DNA of 64,000 bases from Magnetococcales bacterium. GTDB taxonomy: Bacteria > Pseudomonadota > Magnetococcia > Magnetococcales > JADFXB01. A model generated the notes under the pieces. That model was not told the origin of the DNA and made no database searches. It was given only the letters and a program-made list of their open reading frames with translations. Numbering within the stretch: the stretch's first letter is position 1; each line of letters starts with the position of its first letter. The stretch is taken from assembly GCA_015233935.1 (NCBI GenBank), contig JADFXB010000003.1:10307-74306 (forward strand), in the 5' to 3' direction. This document shows positions 58,928-64,000 of the stretch, piece after piece. A program made the translations under genes and the position numbers.

Positions 58928-60478
58928 ATGAAAATTTTATTAGTAAACCCAAAATCACCCGTATTTTCCACCCGTATCGGTGTCGGTATTCAAATTCCAC
59001 TGGGACTCTTGGCCATCGGAGGACCTTTGCTAGACGCTGGACACCAGGTTTCACTTTTGGATATGGATGCCCTTGGACTCTCTCTTGAGCAAACTTGTCG
59101 GGAAATCCTGGCCCGCAAACCCCAAGCCGTCCTCATTGGCCATAGCGGATCCACAACAGCCCATCCCTCCAGTATGATTTTGGCAAGAAAAATCAAGGAA
59201 TGTTCACCCACACTGGCCATCATCTACGGTGGGGTATTTCCTACCTACCACGCCAAGGAGATTCTACAGAACGAACCTGCCGTGGATATCATCGTGCGCG
59301 GTGAGGGAGAGGAAACCACCCTGCGAACAATCCATGCTTTGGAAAACGGTTTCCCCCTGTCCCACATCCTTGGAATTACCTATCGCTCCCATGAGGGCGT
59401 GTTGGAGAACGTTTCAGCCCCACTATTGAAAAATCTGGACGACTATCGAATAGGTTGGGAATTGATCGAATCCTGGGATCTTTATCAATGCTGGGGAGTG
59501 GGTAGGGCGGCAGCCATCCAATTTTCCCGTGGCTGCCCACATCAGTGCAGCTATTGCGGACAAAATCGATTCTGGCAACGTTGGCGGCGACGTGATCCAG
59601 TCAAAGTTGTGGACGAGATGGAAATGCTGTTTCGGAAACATGACGTTCGCTTCATCAATATCACCGATGAAAATCCAGCGGTCTCCAGACAAGCATGGCA
59701 GACTCTTTTGGAAGAATTACAACGGCGTAACCTTCCCATTGCTCTATTTGCCGGTATGCGGGCCTCCGAGGTGATTCGGGACGCCGATATTCTCCCTCTT
59801 TACCGAAAAGTAGGCTTCGTGTGCATCAATATGGGCATCGAAACCACCGACCAGGATACAATCAGGTTGATTCGAAAAGGCTCCAACGCATCGGATGATT
59901 TTCAGGCCATCCAACTCCTGAAAAAAAATAACATCCTCTCCATGGCAGGATATGTCATCGGTTTCAAAAGGGGGAAAACCCCAGGACTGCTCACCACTCT
60001 CACCACTCTGGCGGCCTACGGACCTGATTTTTTAAACACCCTCTACGCCACACCCCATAGCTGGACGCCCTTTGCCAAAGAAAATAGCCAGCGTCAGGTA
60101 ATCCAGACCGACCTGGGCCGCTGGGATTATCGCACCCAAGTTCTGGACATGGACGGCATATCCCCTTGGCAAATTTTTATCTGGGTCAAAATGCTGGAGA
60201 TGCTCTATCACCTGCGCCCCATGAATCTTCTTCGCATTCTTTTTCACCCAGACCTTCTGTGTCGGCACGGCTTGCGATGGAGCGTCCAGCGCATGACACG
60301 GGTTTGGTTTGCGGAAATTTGGGATTTTCTCTGGCATCTCAAGATTAACCGTCATTCTCTTTCCCTGAAAATATTTCTGGATCGTATCACAGTGGTCCAA
60401 CCATCGGATCACCCACATGCCCATGAAAAAAGTCAATTTCCCCAGGCTTGGCAAAAAGTTTCATTTATCGCAAAGTAA
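58928..60478 (+). CDS. B12-binding radical SAM protein, BchE-like
   Basis: PLGLLAIGG, GHSGST, YGGVFPTYH, RGEGE, SRGCPHQCSYCGQ and DEN. Confidence 0.85.
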   Translation: MKILLVNPKSPVFSTRIGVGIQIPLGLLAIGGPLLDAGHQVSLLDMDALGLSLEQTCREILARKPQAVLIGHSGSTTAHPSSMILARKIKECSPTLAIIYGGVFPTYHAKEILQNEPAVDIIVRGEGEETTLRTIHALENGFPLSHILGITYRSHEGVLENVSAPLLKNLDDYRIGWELIESWDLYQCWGVGRAAAIQFSRGCPHQCSYCGQNRFWQRWRRRDPVKVVDEMEMLFRKHDVRFINITDENPAVSRQAWQTLLEELQRRNLPIALFAGMRASEVIRDADILPLYRKVGFVCINMGIETTDQDTIRLIRKGSNASDDFQAIQLLKKNNILSMAGYVIGFKRGKTPGLLTTLTTLAAYGPDFLNTLYATPHSWTPFAKENSQRQVIQTDLGRWDYRTQVLDMDGISPWQIFIWVKMLEMLYHLRPMNLLRILFHPDLLCRHGLRWSVQRMTRVWFAEIWDFLWHLKINRHSLSLKIFLDRITVVQPSDHPHAHEKSQFPQAWQKVSFIAK

Positions 60479-60607
60479 ATGAATGAAATTAAAGTTTTGA
60501 CAAAATCAAAGAATCTCTTTACCATTTTTCCCATGAGCAGTGACTTATGGGAAAATACGCTTTTCCATTTTCAAGTTCTGGATTTTTTCTTTAGGAAATC
60601 AAAGATC

Positions 60608-61546
60608 ATGCCTTATTCCAACCCCACCACAAAATGGTCTGCCCTGCTCCTTTTTGCCTGCCTGGCTTCCATGAGTGGGTTGGCCGATGGAAGCAGTCAA
60701 TGGCAATCAGATTTTGGTCCCCTCTCCCTGACGGTTGAAAATGATGTGGATGTTTCTGGCAGTTATCCCAAGTTCCAGGGGACTTTGGAAGGTTTTTTAA
60801 GCAGTGAAGGCAACCTGGAGATGACTTGGTTTCAACCGACATCAGAAGTACGTTGCCAAGAAAAAAAAGAAAGAACCTATTATTGGGGCCGGGTGATTTG
60901 GCAGGTGCTGCCTGGTGGGATACTCAAGGGAAAATGGTCTTACTGTAACGCTACCCCCGGAAGTGGTGGTAAATGGAATGCAAAACTGGTATCGGGAGCC
61001 GCCATTGAAAAAATGGTGGGTGTGCATGAACCGCCTCCAGTACCTGCTCCTACTGGCAAGCGAATGGTTTCTGCGCCAACCAAAGCCGCCATGAATGCTT
61101 CAATGGCTCCAGCCGCCATGGAGGTGAAGAAGGAGGAGGTCATGGAAGAAATTCGCTTTCAATGGGGGCAAAACGTCAATTTGAAGCAGGTAAAGTTCAT
61201 GGCGGTGGATTTTACCTGCGACAAAGTGACTGATCAGATTGCGGTGCGGGCCAATCTGGACAGCCCGGAGGGACACGCACTGGATTTGCTGGTGATAACC
61301 CGTGATGGTAACCATCGCTTTGCGGACGTATTGTCCGTAGGAGAGTCCAATCTCTGTGTGGATCTTACGAAACAACTTCCCAGTGTCAGCATTGAGGATG
61401 TTGGTTCTGCAGGCAGTTTGAATATGGTAGGCCCTGGCGTTTGTAGCAGAGCTATCCGGGTAGGTGGCAGCGAATGCAGCCCTTACTATTTCTTTTGGAT
61501 GCACAAACCCAAGGGAAACACCCATTTCACCTACTACACCCCTTGA
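60608..61546 (+). CDS. Hypothetical secreted two-domain protein with a Pro/Ala linker
   Basis: Signal peptide, Trp/Gly-rich beta domain, linker and Cys-containing C-domain. Confidence 0.6.
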   Translation: MPYSNPTTKWSALLLFACLASMSGLADGSSQWQSDFGPLSLTVENDVDVSGSYPKFQGTLEGFLSSEGNLEMTWFQPTSEVRCQEKKERTYYWGRVIWQVLPGGILKGKWSYCNATPGSGGKWNAKLVSGAAIEKMVGVHEPPPVPAPTGKRMVSAPTKAAMNASMAPAAMEVKKEEVMEEIRFQWGQNVNLKQVKFMAVDFTCDKVTDQIAVRANLDSPEGHALDLLVITRDGNHRFADVLSVGESNLCVDLTKQLPSVSIEDVGSAGSLNMVGPGVCSRAIRVGGSECSPYYFFWMHKPKGNTHFTYYTP

Positions 61547-61611
61547 GTTAAAAAGGTTGCAAGGCAGAAGCCTGTTGTGTGTTGCCAGAAATTGATCAAG
61601 GAGAATCGCCC

Positions 61612-62457
61612 ATGCGTGACCATGACGTTGTTATCTCTGCCTACGGGGTGACCATGCCGCCCATGATTTACGGTACGGCCTGGAAGAAGGAGCGCACCGC
61701 ATCTTTGGTGGAAAAGGCCATCGAACTTGGTTTTCGGGGTATTGACACCGCTTGCCAGCCCAAACATTACCAGGAAGCGGGAGTTGGCCAGGGTGTAGCG
61801 GCGGCCTTGCAGCGGGGCTTGCCACGAGAGGCGTTGTATTTGCAAAGCAAATTCACCTCCTTGAGTGGCCAAGACCCCAGACAAATTCCCTACGATCCTG
61901 CGGCGGAGCTTAGCGAGCAGGTTGCCCAATCTTTTCAACGCTCCCTTGATAATCTGCAAACCACCTATCTGGATTGCCTGGTGCTCCACTCCCCTTTTCC
62001 CCAATGGCAGCAGACTTGGGAGGTATGGCAGGCGATGGAGGATATCTTCGCCCGGCAGGGAGTCAAGCAATTGGGAATCAGCAATTGTTATGACTTGAGA
62101 TATCTGGAAAAGCTGTATCAGACAGCCAAGGTTAAACCTGCCATCGTGCAAAACCGGTTTTATGCCCAGACCGATTATGACCGGGATCTGAGAGAGTTTT
62201 GCCGACACCATGGGATTTTGTATCAAAGTTTCTGGACGCTCACCGCCAATCCGGGGGTTTTATCCCATCCTATTGTACAAACCCTGATGCAAAAATACCG
62301 ACGCACTGCAGCGCAAATTTTTTTCCGTTATCTGACCCAGATGCAAATCATTCCCCTTACCGGCACCACCTCGGTTTTACACATGCAGGAGGACTTGGCA
62401 ATTTTCGACTTTGCCCTGACTGCTGATGAATGCCATTCCATGGATTCTTTGCTCTGA
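61612..62457 (+). CDS. Aldo/keto reductase
   Basis: YGTAWK, GIDTA..HY, LQSKF, DCLVLHSP and GISN; AAGGAG SD. Confidence 0.92.
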   Translation: MRDHDVVISAYGVTMPPMIYGTAWKKERTASLVEKAIELGFRGIDTACQPKHYQEAGVGQGVAAALQRGLPREALYLQSKFTSLSGQDPRQIPYDPAAELSEQVAQSFQRSLDNLQTTYLDCLVLHSPFPQWQQTWEVWQAMEDIFARQGVKQLGISNCYDLRYLEKLYQTAKVKPAIVQNRFYAQTDYDRDLREFCRHHGILYQSFWTLTANPGVLSHPIVQTLMQKYRRTAAQIFFRYLTQMQIIPLTGTTSVLHMQEDLAIFDFALTADECHSMDSLL

Positions 62458-62538
62458 TGCCAGGATACCCCAACCTGGCCTATGGTGATGAGGGAAGAGC
62501 TGAATTTTTAGTTTGGGTCGTATGGGTGCCTGGGTTGG

Positions 62539-63486
62539 CTACTGGAAAATCTGCTCGATCTTTTCCGCACCGATAATTTTCTTGCTCCACCCTTTCAAGG
62601 TGTCCAGGTCAGCATCGTTTAGTTTAGAACGTACCCAGTCGGGAACTGCACCAAAACGGTCTTGAAGAAGATCCAGCAACATTTCTATCCGCTCTTCCAG
62701 CTTACCTTCCAGCTTACCTTCCAGCTTACCTTCCAGATGACCTTCCCACCTACCGATACCATAGGTGGATTGCACCAGGCTGGCTTGATCGCGCAGACCA
62801 TCCTGGTAGCGTTCGTAAGCTTTCCGTTCTGCCTCTGGCAATTGCAAAATATTGAGCTTTTCCTTGGCTTTTTTGAGGCCACGGGCGGTGAAATCATCAC
62901 GAATGTCTGAGTTTTTCAGAAAATAAATCCACTCATCCAAGGTATCACGGGCCACATCGTCAAAACTTTTTACCTTGATCAGATAATATTCTGGGAAGAT
63001 GGATGCTACCGAATTGCGTTGGAACAGGGCTTTTTGTCCTTCGCTCAAGTCCAATTCATCGTGGGTATGCATTCCTTTGAAGGTGGTGTTGCCCAGATAG
63101 ATATAGTCGGTGCCGCGCCCCAGGTCGAAGTGCAGAATACTGATGGAAATCATTTTAATGACGTTGGCGTAGGGTTCACCTTCGGTCATGTGTTCGGTGA
63201 TGGCTTTTGCGGTGCTGTACAACAGGCGATGCAGGTAGTCCAGCTCCCGTTCGTACTGCAATTCGATGACGATAATTTCACCACGGGCATTTTTGACTTT
63301 GAGATCAACCCGGTTGAATTTATCGTCCTGCCACTCCTGATTGCTTTCGCTTTCCAAAATTTCCATGATGGACACATCATCGTGGAGAAGCTCGCTTAGA
63401 AAGCCTTCCAAAATTTCAAAATTGGCCTTGCTACGCAGCAACCGTTTCAAAGCCCAGTCGAAGCTGATGAGCTGGCGTTGCTTCAT
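62539..63486 (-). CDS. Rpn-family PD-(D/E)XK nuclease / putative transposase (PDDEXK_2) with a DUF4351-like C-terminus
   Basis: LISFDWALKRLL, ESESN..DKFNRVDL, IELQ, LDEWIYFLK and EGxx repeats. Confidence 0.9.
   Translation of the reverse strand: MKQRQLISFDWALKRLLRSKANFEILEGFLSELLHDDVSIMEILESESNQEWQDDKFNRVDLKVKNARGEIIVIELQYERELDYLHRLLYSTAKAITEHMTEGEPYANVIKMISISILHFDLGRGTDYIYLGNTTFKGMHTHDELDLSEGQKALFQRNSVASIFPEYYLIKVKSFDDVARDTLDEWIYFLKNSDIRDDFTARGLKKAKEKLNILQLPEAERKAYERYQDGLRDQASLVQSTYGIGRWEGHLEGKLEGKLEGKLEERIEMLLDLLQDRFGAVPDWVRSKLNDADLDTLKGWSKKIIGAEKIEQIFQ
62695..62746 (-). repeat. 12-bp tandem repeat encoding EGKL units
   Basis: (CTTACCTTCCAG)n on the top strand; the protein reads EGHLEGKLEGKLEGKLE. 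Confidence 0.85.
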
Positions 63487-63739
63487 TTTGGCAAAACTCC
63501 AACAACAGTTTCGTGATGGGATCATGGGGAAATTTGTTTTGAAGCAATGAACAGTATAACCGTAAGCACCCGTTATTTCAATTTTCCTACGGGGGAGCCA
63601 GATTAATATTTCTGGGTTAGCTATTGAATCAGGGCAGGCCATTCCATTGATCGGTTGCTGTGGGTGAGGGTCTGCCGGGTTAAGTCCAATCATTCGGCAG
63701 AATGGTGGCTTTTATTTACCAGGAATGGTTTGGTTTATG

Positions 63740-63994
63740 TTAAGCCGCCTGCTGATGCAGACGCTCCAGGAGAAATTCCGGCGCAAGGTCTGCACCATTG
63801 GCCCAAACAATGGTTCCCAACTCATGATCCACATGGGCAGTGGCAAAGGTGGTTTTGTCTTGCAGGGGAGCAAACATTTCTCCCCACAATTCCGACTCAA
63901 GATTTACTTCCCCCGTGGACCCATTGTCAAACACCAGCCAAAGCCGGTAATCCCCCAAATATTTCATGTCTTTAACATGCAGCATATGGGTCAC
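63740..63994 (-). CDS. DUF2442 family protein (putative antitoxin)
   Basis: YRLWLVFDNG..GEV, F.PL.D..F and TIVWANGADLAPEFL. An upstream ORF ends (..LE*) overlapping the GTG start at the window edge. Confidence 0.85.
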   Translation of the reverse strand: MTHMLHVKDMKYLGDYRLWLVFDNGSTGEVNLESELWGEMFAPLQDKTTFATAHVDHELGTIVWANGADLAPEFLLERLHQQAA

Positions 63995-64000
63995 TCCAGA

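Noticed and set aside
63487-63693. N-terminal extension of the Rpn ORF
   Set aside because: Family similarity starts at MKQRQLISFD (63486), which has a GGAG SD.

Overview
A 64-kb chromosomal segment of a proteobacterium. The gene mix suggests a microaerophilic, sulfur-storing organism, possibly Magnetococcales-like, which is inference only: many hybrid histidine kinases, an Sgp-like Gly/Tyr/Pro protein, ubiUV, type II thrB, apgM and a lolB-like gene. Core genes include htpG, cobB, ubiX-ubiU-ubiV, thrB, the TPR-lolB-ispE-tRNA-Gln-prs-rplY-pth-ychF block, rpmB, apgM, mdh, rph and hemW. Accessory content includes three hybrid sensor kinases and c-di-GMP genes (PilZ, a PleD-like cyclase and a broken GGDEF gene). 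It also includes a katG / NAD-kinase-like / SPFH islet bracketed by two IS remnants, a tandem pair of small secreted Ala/Pro/Lys-rich proteins, and a nonulosonic-acid amidination cluster with a 1053-aa kinase between hisF2 and hisH2. The right end is rich in toxin/defence-like genes (orphan HEPN, Rpn with a probable nested antitoxin, DUF2442) and carries a candidate iron-regulated pair and a BchE-like radical SAM. No CRISPR array, rRNA, intact transposon or prophage is visible. The best candidates for something undescribed are the SPFH + NAD-kinase-like module, the kinase splitting HisF2/HisH2, and repeated local flips of top-strand composition (G/T-rich to A/C-rich) that ignore gene orientation.
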